Of a DNA stretch of 64,000 bases, positions 44,503-53,089 are shown piece by piece. This DNA is from Bacteroidales bacterium (GTDB lineage: Bacteria > Bacteroidota > Bacteroidia > Bacteroidales > UBA932). Each line of letters begins with the position of its first letter. The stretch's first letter is position 1. The notes beneath the pieces were generated by a model that worked only from the letters and a program-made list of their open reading frames with translations, was not told the DNA's origin and did no database searches. The DNA lies in NCBI GenBank assembly GCA_024401745.1, contig JAKSKK010000003.1:2287-66286 (forward strand), written 5' to 3'. A program made the translations under genes and the position numbers.

Positions 44503-46533
44503 CTATTCCTTGCAGGGAGGGAAGGCGGAGATGCGGAGTCTGGCGGCGCCCATGGGGACGAGGGTGATGTCATCCACCCTGTCTGACCTGGGAGCATCCT
44601 CGGAAGGAAGGACTGCCGTGAGCCCGTATTCGTCGAAGTCCCATGAAGGAACCAGGCGACCCTTTGTCTTGAAGCTCAGGGGGCATCCTTCCAGCGTGAA
44701 TGGATTGTTGTCAGCGGGCCACTCTCCCTTTTCTACTGTGATTTCGGCATCGGTGTCGAGAGCATAGTTCCAGTCGGAATCGGCGTAGATCTCGAATGAG
44801 GGCCACTTTGACGCATCGGCACCGGCCTGCCACTTCGAATCTCCGATAGCTGTATCCTTGCTGTCAACCTTTCTGTATGCCTCTTCAATTTTAAGCGACA
44901 AGGTGAGCGGACCATAATCCACGGTCACGCTGTTCTTGTTTGCTGCCCAAACCCTCTTTGAGATGCTCTTGGGGAGATTCACCACAAGTTTGTCGCCTGT
45001 CTTCCAGTCAGCTTCAACACGTGCGAATGTGCCGCTTGCACAGTCTTCTGCAATAGTCTCTCCGTTCAGAATGATGCTGGCACCTTCGCACCAATCTGGA
45101 ATGCGAACATACAGAGGGAAGCTTGCCCTTCCGGACTCTATGCTGATGGTGATGCTGTCGCTGAAAGGATAGTTAGTCTCTTCCTTGAACACGAGCTCGT
45201 CTGCCTTTGCGCCGACCTTTGCGCGCACCGTGCAGGCGCTGTAGAGGCCGAATGCGAGGCCGTTGTCGGGCGTCGCCATTGCGAGGAACTCGCTGTAGAA
45301 GGGCCATGCGAAGCCGTGGTTATGCTGGCAGCAGCGGCTGCTGAAGGGATTCATGGCAAGGAAGGGGCCGCCGTTGTCGATGCCGGGACGGTGGTTCTCG
45401 GAATCGCTCACGGTCATGTTGGGGCAGGTCAGGTAGCGCAGAGCCTTGTAGTCGGGCATGAACGCTGCCGGATAGTCGTTGAACGCTATGTCCTCGCAGT
45501 TGGCGAACCACTTCTCGTCGGCGGTGATGAGGGCCATGATCTCGTCGCTGGCCATCTGCTCGGCAAAGCCACAGGTCTCTGTTCCCTGGCGCGGGTCGAT
45601 GAAGCCCTCGCGGCAGTTCTCGTCGCCACCGAACATGCCTCCGGGAACCTGTCCGAAGTCCTTGCGGCACAGTTCGAAGCTGTTGTAGCTGGCCTGGAGC
45701 ATGTCCTCGCGGCCGTTGAAGAGATAATATGTGGCCGGTTCGCGTATGCCCTGGGCCATGTTGACGTTGTGCCAGTTGGGCAGGTCGTCGGCCTGAGCCC
45801 AGTCGGCGGTGTTCCTGTGAATCTTCTCGCCAAGTTCGATGAGCCTCTCGTCTCCCGTGCGGTTGTAGAGCCATACGACGCTCCAGAGATTGTCGCCGCC
45901 GCGGCTGTTCTCCCAGTAGCTCTCGAGGAACTGCTCGTCAGGCACTGAGAGCAGATACTCGCAGTATCTGGTCATGAAGGGGATGACGCGCTCGTCGCCG
46001 CTGTACTCGTACCAGTCCTGCAGTATCCACAGGGCTATCATGTTCGGCCAGAAGTCCTGGTTCTCGCCGGGCTCCAGCATGCGTCCGGACGGGCCGAAGT
46101 TGCCGTTCTCCAGCTGAGAGCCGAGTATCGCGTCGATCCACAGCCTTGCCTCGGCCAGCATGGCCTCATCCTCGAAGATGTATGACAGTGAAGCGTAGCC
46201 GCGAAGCCAGTAGGGCACTTCCTCCCAGCCCCAGGCGCCACCGTCGGTGAGCCAGGCGTTGTCCTCCTTCGAGAGCCAGATGCTGATCTCGCCAAGATGA
46301 CCGTTGAGGCCGTCCTTCTGCAGTTCCAGCTGCCTGAGGAGCCAGCCTTCCGGCTTGATGCTGCCGGTGGGCAGCTTGATGAGCTGCTCGTGCTGCAGAG
46401 GCGCGCGGTTGCTCTGGTAGCAGACGCTCGAAGACTCTGTGGGGAAAGACGTTACGGTGCTGACGGACACTCCCGGGGTGCAGGATGCAGCCATGGCTGC
46501 AAGAGCTGCGAACATGACGAACAAATTTTTCAT
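44503..46533 (-). CDS. GH127/GH146-like (DUF1680) glycoside hydrolase, putative beta-L-arabinofuranosidase, lipoprotein
   Basis: GSIKPEGWL, GWEEVPYW, HNVN, GTETC, RCCQHN, EETNYPF, RIPDW, LVPMGAARLRI. Confidence 0.8.
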   Translation of the reverse strand: MKNLFVMFAALAAMAASCTPGVSVSTVTSFPTESSSVCYQSNRAPLQHEQLIKLPTGSIKPEGWLLRQLELQKDGLNGHLGEISIWLSKEDNAWLTDGGAWGWEEVPYWLRGYASLSYIFEDEAMLAEARLWIDAILGSQLENGNFGPSGRMLEPGENQDFWPNMIALWILQDWYEYSGDERVIPFMTRYCEYLLSVPDEQFLESYWENSRGGDNLWSVVWLYNRTGDERLIELGEKIHRNTADWAQADDLPNWHNVNMAQGIREPATYYLFNGREDMLQASYNSFELCRKDFGQVPGGMFGGDENCREGFIDPRQGTETCGFAEQMASDEIMALITADEKWFANCEDIAFNDYPAAFMPDYKALRYLTCPNMTVSDSENHRPGIDNGGPFLAMNPFSSRCCQHNHGFAWPFYSEFLAMATPDNGLAFGLYSACTVRAKVGAKADELVFKEETNYPFSDSITISIESGRASFPLYVRIPDWCEGASIILNGETIAEDCASGTFARVEADWKTGDKLVVNLPKSISKRVWAANKNSVTVDYGPLTLSLKIEEAYRKVDSKDTAIGDSKWQAGADASKWPSFEIYADSDWNYALDTDAEITVEKGEWPADNNPFTLEGCPLSFKTKGRLVPSWDFDEYGLTAVLPSEDAPRSDRVDDITLVPMGAARLRISAFPPCKE

Positions 46534-46540
46534 ATCAGCA

Positions 46541-46569
46541 CAAAGGTACAGTTTAATTTTGTATTTTTG
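46541..46569. promoter_or_regulatory. Back-to-back divergent -7 promoter elements
   Basis: TACCTTTG on the minus strand (46541-46548) and TATTTTTG on the plus strand (46562-46569). Confidence 0.6.
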
Positions 46570-46590
46570 AGGAGACTAAACCACTCTGAA

Positions 46591-47793
46591 ATGAAACGCA
46601 TTATAATGACACTCGCTGCAGTGCTGATCGCCTTTGCGGCAAACGCACAGCAGTCACTCTGGGGAAATGGAGAAATCGTATCCCCTGAAATCCACCCTGA
46701 CAACACAGTGACCTTCCGCTTTCAGGCTCCCAAGGCCATACGCGTCCAGGTCACCGGAGACTTCCTTCCCACACAAAAGGTTGAGGTTCCCGGCTATGGC
46801 ACTTACGATGCTCCCGGCATGGCAGACCTCAAGGAGGGCCCGGGCGGTGTATGGGAGTTCACGTCAGACCCTCTTGCATCAGAGCTTTACAACTATCATT
46901 TCGTAGTTGACGGTCTTGAGACGAAAGACCCTAACAACGCATATCTTCAGAGAGACATCGCAAACCTGATGAACTATTTCATCATCCCTGGCGAAAAGGG
47001 CGACCTCTATGCAGTTGGTGACGTTCCTCACGGAACAGTAAGCCGAGTATGGTATCATTCCAACGTTCTCGGCATGGACCGCAGATTGTCGGTCTACACT
47101 CCTGCCGGATACGAGACCAGCAAGGAAAAATACCCTGTGCTCTACCTTCTCCATGGCATGGGCGGAGACGAGGAGGCATGGCTCTGCCTCGGCCGCACGG
47201 CTGAAATCATGGACAACCTCATCGCAAAGGGTCTAGCAAAACCCATGATCATTGTAATGCCCAACGGCAACACAAAACATCAGGCAGCTCCCGGCGAGTC
47301 TGCGGAAGGTATGTTCAAGCCTTACAACAGCGGCTCGTTCGACACCACATATGAGGCTCACTTCAAGGATGTCATCGCTTTTGTGGATTCACGTTACCGC
47401 ACGATCAAGAAGGCCTCCGGCCGTGCCGTTGCAGGTCTTTCTATGGGTGGTGGGCATTCATTCGAGCTCTCGCTGAACTATCCCGGCACATTCGATTATG
47501 TGGGACTTTTCTCAGCCGGTCTGGGAATCAGACGCGATAACGGTGCCGGTTATCCCTATCCTGAATTCTACGAGAACACCGACGAAAAGATCGACCGTCT
47601 TTTCGCAAACAATCCCAAGCTCTATTACATCGCCATAGGCGAGACCGACTTCCTCTACGACTCCAACAAGGCCCTGCGCGAGAAACTTGACGCCAAGGGC
47701 TACAAGTACGAGTACTTCGAGAGCGAAGGCGGCCACATCTGGCGCAACTGGCGCATCTACCTCACCAAATTTGCACAAAAGATCTTCAAATGA
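46591..47793 (+). CDS. CE1 esterase with N-terminal CBM48-like domain (feruloyl/acetyl esterase)
   Basis: VSPEIHPDNTVTFR, VPHGTV, YTPAGY, LYLLHG.GGDE, AGLSMGG, GGH.W.NWR. Confidence 0.9.
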   Translation: MKRIIMTLAAVLIAFAANAQQSLWGNGEIVSPEIHPDNTVTFRFQAPKAIRVQVTGDFLPTQKVEVPGYGTYDAPGMADLKEGPGGVWEFTSDPLASELYNYHFVVDGLETKDPNNAYLQRDIANLMNYFIIPGEKGDLYAVGDVPHGTVSRVWYHSNVLGMDRRLSVYTPAGYETSKEKYPVLYLLHGMGGDEEAWLCLGRTAEIMDNLIAKGLAKPMIIVMPNGNTKHQAAPGESAEGMFKPYNSGSFDTTYEAHFKDVIAFVDSRYRTIKKASGRAVAGLSMGGGHSFELSLNYPGTFDYVGLFSAGLGIRRDNGAGYPYPEFYENTDEKIDRLFANNPKLYYIAIGETDFLYDSNKALREKLDAKGYKYEYFESEGGHIWRNWRIYLTKFAQKIFK

Positions 47794-50393
47794 AACGATT
47801 GCCAGCAATCTTGTCAGTCTTGCTGATTTCGGCGGCCGGCTTTGCCCAGAATCCCGTCATCAGCACCATGTATACCCCCGACCCGGCGCCGTATGTGCAT
47901 GACGGCAAAGTCTATCTCTTCGTCGACCACGACGAGGATGACGCCCAGTACTTCAAGATGAAGGACTGGCTCCTGTTCAGCACCGAAGACATGGTCAACT
48001 GGACCTACCTGGGCACGCAGGTGAGCACTGAGACCTTTGCCTGGGCCCGTCAGGGCGACCGCGCCTGGGCTTCCCAGGCCGTTGAAAGGAACGGCAGGTG
48101 GTACTGGTACCTCTGCTGCAACACAGCCGCTGGCGGTGACGCCCTGGCAGTGGCCGTTGCCGACGACCCTCAGGGCCCGTGGACCGATGCCATAGGCGGG
48201 CCTCTTGCCGAGGGCTTCGGATTCATCGACCCCACCGTGTTCATCGATGACGACGGCAAGGCCTGGCTCTTCTGGGGCAACAAGGGCCTCTGGTACGGTC
48301 AGCTCGCCGACGACATGGTCTCCTTCAAGGACGGCTACAAGGAAGTGCCCGGCTATCATGACCCGGCCTGCTTCGGAGAGCTTCAGATGAAGATGAACTG
48401 GGCAAAGGGCCACGACGAGGCCATGACCCAGTATGAGGAGGGCCCGTGGGTGACCAAGCGTGACGGTCAGTACTACATAGTCTATCCTGCCGGCGGAGTG
48501 CCCGAGTACATGGCATATTCCACCGCTCCCAGCATCGACGGCCCCTGGACATTCCGCGGCCGCATCATGGACGAGGCCGAGAACAGTTTCACCATCCATG
48601 GAGGCAACATCAGCTTCAAGGGCCACGACTATATGTTCTACCATAACGGAATGCTTCCCAACGGTCAGGGCTTCCGCCGCGCCACCTGCGTGGAGGAATT
48701 CACCTTCGGCGCTGATGGCAGCATCCCCTTCATACCCTTCACCAAGGAAGGCGTCGCTTCCGTAGGGACCCTCGATCCCTACAGCCGTGTCGAGGCTGAG
48801 ACCATGGCCGCTTCGTACGGCCTCAAGGTCGACCGCAGGGACGGCAGGAGGCACTGGGTCACCGGTATACACAACGGTGACTGGCTGATGCTCCGCAGCG
48901 TCGATTTTGGCGAAGCTGCGCCCACTCAGGCAACCGTCGAGGTCCTGAACTACAAGGAGGAGGGCACCATAGAGTTCTACGCCGACAACATGGGAGGCAG
49001 GCCTCTGGCCGTAGCGCATGTGGGCGGCGAGAATGCCATCTACAACGTTCCCATCAACGTTCCCGTCACAGGAGTGCACGACCTCTACATCCTGTTCCGT
49101 GGCGGCGACGGTCAGCTCTTCGACTTCGACTGGTGGAAGTTCAACGTCAAGGTGAACATGCCCCTTGTCCAGACAAAGTACACTGCCGACCCGGCTCCCA
49201 TGGTGTACAACGGCAAGGTATATCTCTATACGACTCACGACGAGGACTTCGGCGCCAATTTCGAAATGTACGACTGGCTGCTCTACACTTCCGACGACAT
49301 GGTCAACTGGACCGACTGCGGCTCCGTGGCATCCACAAGGGACTTCAGCTGGCGCAGCCGTGAGAACGGCGCCTGGGCGCTTCAGGTCATCGAGAGGAAC
49401 GGCAAGTTCTACATGTACTGCCCCCTGCATGGCCACGGCATAGGCGTGCTGGTTGCCGACCGCCCCGAAGGCCCGTTCAAGGACCCGATCGGCAAGCCCA
49501 TAGTTTGGCAGCAGGAGCACTGGAACGACATCGACCCCACCGTCTTCATAGACGATGACGGCCAGGCCTACATGTACTGGGGCAATCCCGTCCTGTACGC
49601 CGTGAAGCTCAACGAGGACATGATATCCTACAGCGGCGAGATAATGGAGTTCCCTCACATCGAGGACTATCAGGAAGGTCCGTGGTTCTACAAGCGCGAC
49701 GGGCACTACTATCTGGCGTTCGCGTCGACCTGCTGCCCCGAAGGCATAGGCTACGCAATGAGCGACAGCCCTCTCGGACCCTGGGAATACAAGGGCCACA
49801 TCATGGACCACACCCAGCGCACCCGCGGCAACCATCCCGGCATAATCGACTTTGCAGGCAAGTCCTACGTGTTCGGTCTGAACTACGACATAATGCATCT
49901 TGACACTTACGTGCACCACGAGCGCAGGTCGGTTTCCGCCGCCGAGATGCACTACAATGCCGACGGAACCATTCAGGAGGTGCCCTATTTCATGGATGCC
50001 GAGCTGAATCAGGTGCACAGCTTCGACCCCTTCCGCCGCGTTGAGGCCGAGACCATGGCCTGGGGCTATGGCCTCAAGACCGACAGGATCGAAGGCCGCG
50101 GCCTCGTGGTGAAGAATGCCGACGAGGGCGAGTACATACAGCTGAAGGGAGTGGACTTCAGGAAGGGTGCGTCCCGTTTCACCGCGACCCTCAGCGCCAC
50201 CGGCAAGGGCAGCATCGAAGTCCGTCTGGATTCCGTCGACGGCCCTCTTGCAGGAACGCTGGAGCTTTCTCCCACCGGAGGGGCCTACAAGGATTTCAGC
50301 TGCGGCATCAGCGGTGCCAAGGGCGTCCACGACCTGTATTTCGTGTTCCGAGGCGAGCCCGGCCTGCTCTGGGACTATTGGAGATTCAAATAA
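47790..50393 (+). CDS. Tandem GH43-CBM6-GH43-CBM6 xylosidase/arabinofuranosidase
   Basis: Two copies each of DPAP, WA.Q..ERNG, IDPTVFIDDDG, EGPW and RVEAETMA...GVHDLY..F. Confidence 0.9.
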   Translation: MKRLPAILSVLLISAAGFAQNPVISTMYTPDPAPYVHDGKVYLFVDHDEDDAQYFKMKDWLLFSTEDMVNWTYLGTQVSTETFAWARQGDRAWASQAVERNGRWYWYLCCNTAAGGDALAVAVADDPQGPWTDAIGGPLAEGFGFIDPTVFIDDDGKAWLFWGNKGLWYGQLADDMVSFKDGYKEVPGYHDPACFGELQMKMNWAKGHDEAMTQYEEGPWVTKRDGQYYIVYPAGGVPEYMAYSTAPSIDGPWTFRGRIMDEAENSFTIHGGNISFKGHDYMFYHNGMLPNGQGFRRATCVEEFTFGADGSIPFIPFTKEGVASVGTLDPYSRVEAETMAASYGLKVDRRDGRRHWVTGIHNGDWLMLRSVDFGEAAPTQATVEVLNYKEEGTIEFYADNMGGRPLAVAHVGGENAIYNVPINVPVTGVHDLYILFRGGDGQLFDFDWWKFNVKVNMPLVQTKYTADPAPMVYNGKVYLYTTHDEDFGANFEMYDWLLYTSDDMVNWTDCGSVASTRDFSWRSRENGAWALQVIERNGKFYMYCPLHGHGIGVLVADRPEGPFKDPIGKPIVWQQEHWNDIDPTVFIDDDGQAYMYWGNPVLYAVKLNEDMISYSGEIMEFPHIEDYQEGPWFYKRDGHYYLAFASTCCPEGIGYAMSDSPLGPWEYKGHIMDHTQRTRGNHPGIIDFAGKSYVFGLNYDIMHLDTYVHHERRSVSAAEMHYNADGTIQEVPYFMDAELNQVHSFDPFRRVEAETMAWGYGLKTDRIEGRGLVVKNADEGEYIQLKGVDFRKGASRFTATLSATGKGSIEVRLDSVDGPLAGTLELSPTGGAYKDFSCGISGAKGVHDLYFVFRGEPGLLWDYWRFK

Positions 50394-50402
50394 AGACTGC
50401 GT

Positions 50403-52640
50403 ATGAAGAAACTGCTTATTAGTCTGGCCGTTCTTGCGCTTGCCGCATGTTCCGGTGATGGTGTGAAGCTGAAGACTGAAGACGGTACTCTGTGCCTCCG
50501 TCCTCTTGCCGACAATGCGGTGAGGGTGACGCTGGCGGGGGACCTTGCCGTTCCTGAGCTGGAGGAGCTCGTGTACACCGAGAACGTGACCGCTCCGAAG
50601 TACAAGGTAAAGAAGACTCCGGAGGCCGTGACAGTGACGCTTCCCGCAATGTCGGTGAAGTTCGATAGGGCTACAGGCGCACTGAGCTTCTTCGACGCGA
50701 AGGGTGGCCTGCTGCTTCAGGAGAGCGCCCGCAGCATAGCGGAGTCCAGCATCGACGGTGTGCCCTGCTACGACGTGAGCGAGAGCTTCGTGAGCCCTGA
50801 GGACGAGCATCTTTACGGCACAGGGCAGTTCCAGGACGGCTTCCTCGACATACGCGGGCTCAGCCGCCGGCTCACCCAGGTCAACACCCAGATATCGCTG
50901 CCGTACGTCATCTCCAGCAAGGGATACGCCCTGCAGTGGAACGGATATGGCCTGACCGAGTTCAATCCCTGCAGCGAATGCACCGAGCTCAGCCGCATCG
51001 ACGCCGAGGCAGGCTCGCAGACCGTGAATGCCACCGGCACTTCCGGCAACCGCAGGGAGATGCGCTGGTTCTCTGATTTCGAGGGCGAGCTCAGCATACC
51101 CGAAAGCGGCCGCTACGCACTGCTCCTCGACATGGGGCAGTCGATGTCGCGCAGGCAGTTCCTGCAGATAGATGACGACGTGGTCATCGACTGCAGCAAC
51201 ACTTGGCTCCCTCCCACCACCTCTACCATAGTCGAGCTCGAGGCAGGAACGCATAGCTTGCATGCGACGGGAGTCAAGGGCGACGCCCCCAGGCTGTACA
51301 CGCGCAGGATAGACAATACCACAACCTTCCATTCTCCCGTGGCAACGGCCCTTGACTACACGGTCTATGCCGGCAGCGCCGACGAATGCATAGCTTCGTA
51401 TCGCAGGCTTACCGGCGAGGTGCCGCACATGCAGGACTGGATGTTCGGATACATTCACTGCCGCGAGCGCTACAGCTCATCTGACGACATACTCGAGAAC
51501 GCGGCGGGCTTCAGGCAGCGCGGCATTCCCCTTGACGTGATAGTCCAGGACTGGCAGTGGTGGGGCAAGTACGGCTGGAACGCCCTGCGCTTCGACGAGG
51601 ACCACTATCCCGACCCTCTTGCGCTCACCGACTCCCTCCACAGGGACGACGTGCACCTTATGCTGTCGGTATGGTCGAAGGTCGACCGCAACTCTGAGGT
51701 GGGCAAGAGGCTTGATGAAAATGGCTGCTACATAGCCGACACAGACTGGATAGACTTCTTCAACCAGGATGCCGCCGACTTCTACTGCCGCAACTTCCTC
51801 GACAGCCTCGGCCGCTTCGGCATAGACGCATGGTGGTTCGATGCCACCGAGCCTGAGAACGACGACCTGGCCGGCCGCAAGGTGGGCACCGACGGCCTTC
51901 CGGGCGACTTCTACCGCAACGTGTATCCCCTCAAGGTCAACAGCACCATGTACGGCAGCCTCAGGACCTTGTCCGACGACGAGCCCGTGATCCTGACCCG
52001 CAGCGCCTTCTCGGGAATACAGCGCTACGGCGTGGTGACCTGGTCAGGCGACGTCGGCAACGACTTCGAGACCCTGCGCCGCGAGATAGCGGGCGGCCTC
52101 GGGCAGATGGCCTCCGGCCTTCCCTGGTGGACCTTCGATGCAGGCGGGTTCTTCCGCCCGTTCAATCAGTACGACGACGCTGAGTATCAGGAGAGGATGC
52201 TCCGCTGGATACAGGTATCCGTGTTCCTGCCGTTCATGCGTGTGCACGGCTACATGAGCCAGACGGAGCCCTGGCGCTACAGCGCTCAGACCGAGCGCAT
52301 ATTCGCAAAGTGCATAGAGCAGCGCAAGGCTCTGCAGCCTTACGTGATCGACTGCGCGCGGAAGGTGTCGGAAGAAGGCTGGACGATGATGCGTCCGCTG
52401 GTGTTCGACTTCCCTCAGGACGGGCAGGCTCTTCTGCAGGACAGCGAGTACATGTTCGGAACGGACTATCTCGTGTGCCCCGTGCTCGAGGCCGGAGTCA
52501 GCGAGCTGACCGTGTATCTTCCTGAGAATGAGGCCGGATGGGAGGACATCCGCGACGGAAGCCGCCATGACGGCGGGCAGTACTGCACGGTTCCCGTGGA
52601 CATCGAGGCCATTCCGGTATTCAGACGTTTGAACCAGTAG
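50403..52640 (+). CDS. GH31 glycosidase (alpha-xylosidase-like), lipoprotein
   Basis: IVQDWQWW, WWFDATEPEND, ILTRSAF.G.QRY, WSGD, DAGGF, MRVHG, MRPLVFDF. Confidence 0.9.
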   Translation: MKKLLISLAVLALAACSGDGVKLKTEDGTLCLRPLADNAVRVTLAGDLAVPELEELVYTENVTAPKYKVKKTPEAVTVTLPAMSVKFDRATGALSFFDAKGGLLLQESARSIAESSIDGVPCYDVSESFVSPEDEHLYGTGQFQDGFLDIRGLSRRLTQVNTQISLPYVISSKGYALQWNGYGLTEFNPCSECTELSRIDAEAGSQTVNATGTSGNRREMRWFSDFEGELSIPESGRYALLLDMGQSMSRRQFLQIDDDVVIDCSNTWLPPTTSTIVELEAGTHSLHATGVKGDAPRLYTRRIDNTTTFHSPVATALDYTVYAGSADECIASYRRLTGEVPHMQDWMFGYIHCRERYSSSDDILENAAGFRQRGIPLDVIVQDWQWWGKYGWNALRFDEDHYPDPLALTDSLHRDDVHLMLSVWSKVDRNSEVGKRLDENGCYIADTDWIDFFNQDAADFYCRNFLDSLGRFGIDAWWFDATEPENDDLAGRKVGTDGLPGDFYRNVYPLKVNSTMYGSLRTLSDDEPVILTRSAFSGIQRYGVVTWSGDVGNDFETLRREIAGGLGQMASGLPWWTFDAGGFFRPFNQYDDAEYQERMLRWIQVSVFLPFMRVHGYMSQTEPWRYSAQTERIFAKCIEQRKALQPYVIDCARKVSEEGWTMMRPLVFDFPQDGQALLQDSEYMFGTDYLVCPVLEAGVSELTVYLPENEAGWEDIRDGSRHDGGQYCTVPVDIEAIPVFRRLNQ

Positions 52641-52643
52641 CCT

Positions 52644-53072
52644 ATGCTTCGTACCGAGGAGACCCCTACATACATCGCCTACACCGACAGCGGATACCAC
52701 ATCTGCCGAGATGGAGGCGCGTATGCGTACATTCTCCTGAAGGACGGCGAGATCATACGCAAGGAGGCATTCCTGTTCCGTCACGAATCGAACAACAGGG
52801 GTGAGCTCCATGCCATCATCGCGGCCATAGAGAACCTTCCATACGGCGCCGACGTCCAGATACGCACCGACAGCCAGTATGCCGTAAACACCCTCACCGG
52901 CGAGTGGCTTCAGCGCCGGAACACCGACCTCTTCGCCCGCTGGCACGAGATTGTGCGTGGCAAGAAGCTGAAAGTAAAAGTGGTATGGATACGCGCCCAC
53001 AGCGGCGACGTCTACAACCAGATGTGCGACGAGCTCTGCTGCGAGACGGCCGACGTGCTTATGCGGGAATAA
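52644..53072 (+). CDS. rnhA: Ribonuclease HI family protein
   Basis: YTD, NNRGELHA, TDSQY, N.DL, WIRAHSG..YN..CDEL (DEDD set present). Confidence 0.85.
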   Translation: MLRTEETPTYIAYTDSGYHICRDGGAYAYILLKDGEIIRKEAFLFRHESNNRGELHAIIAAIENLPYGADVQIRTDSQYAVNTLTGEWLQRRNTDLFARWHEIVRGKKLKVKVVWIRAHSGDVYNQMCDELCCETADVLMRE

Positions 53073-53089
53073 GTTGCTATCTTTGTGAC

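Noticed and set aside
47814-51458. 1214-aa minus-strand ORF
   Set aside because: Antisense shadow of the GH43 and GH31 genes. It has no motifs, and high third-position GC bias suppresses stops in this frame.
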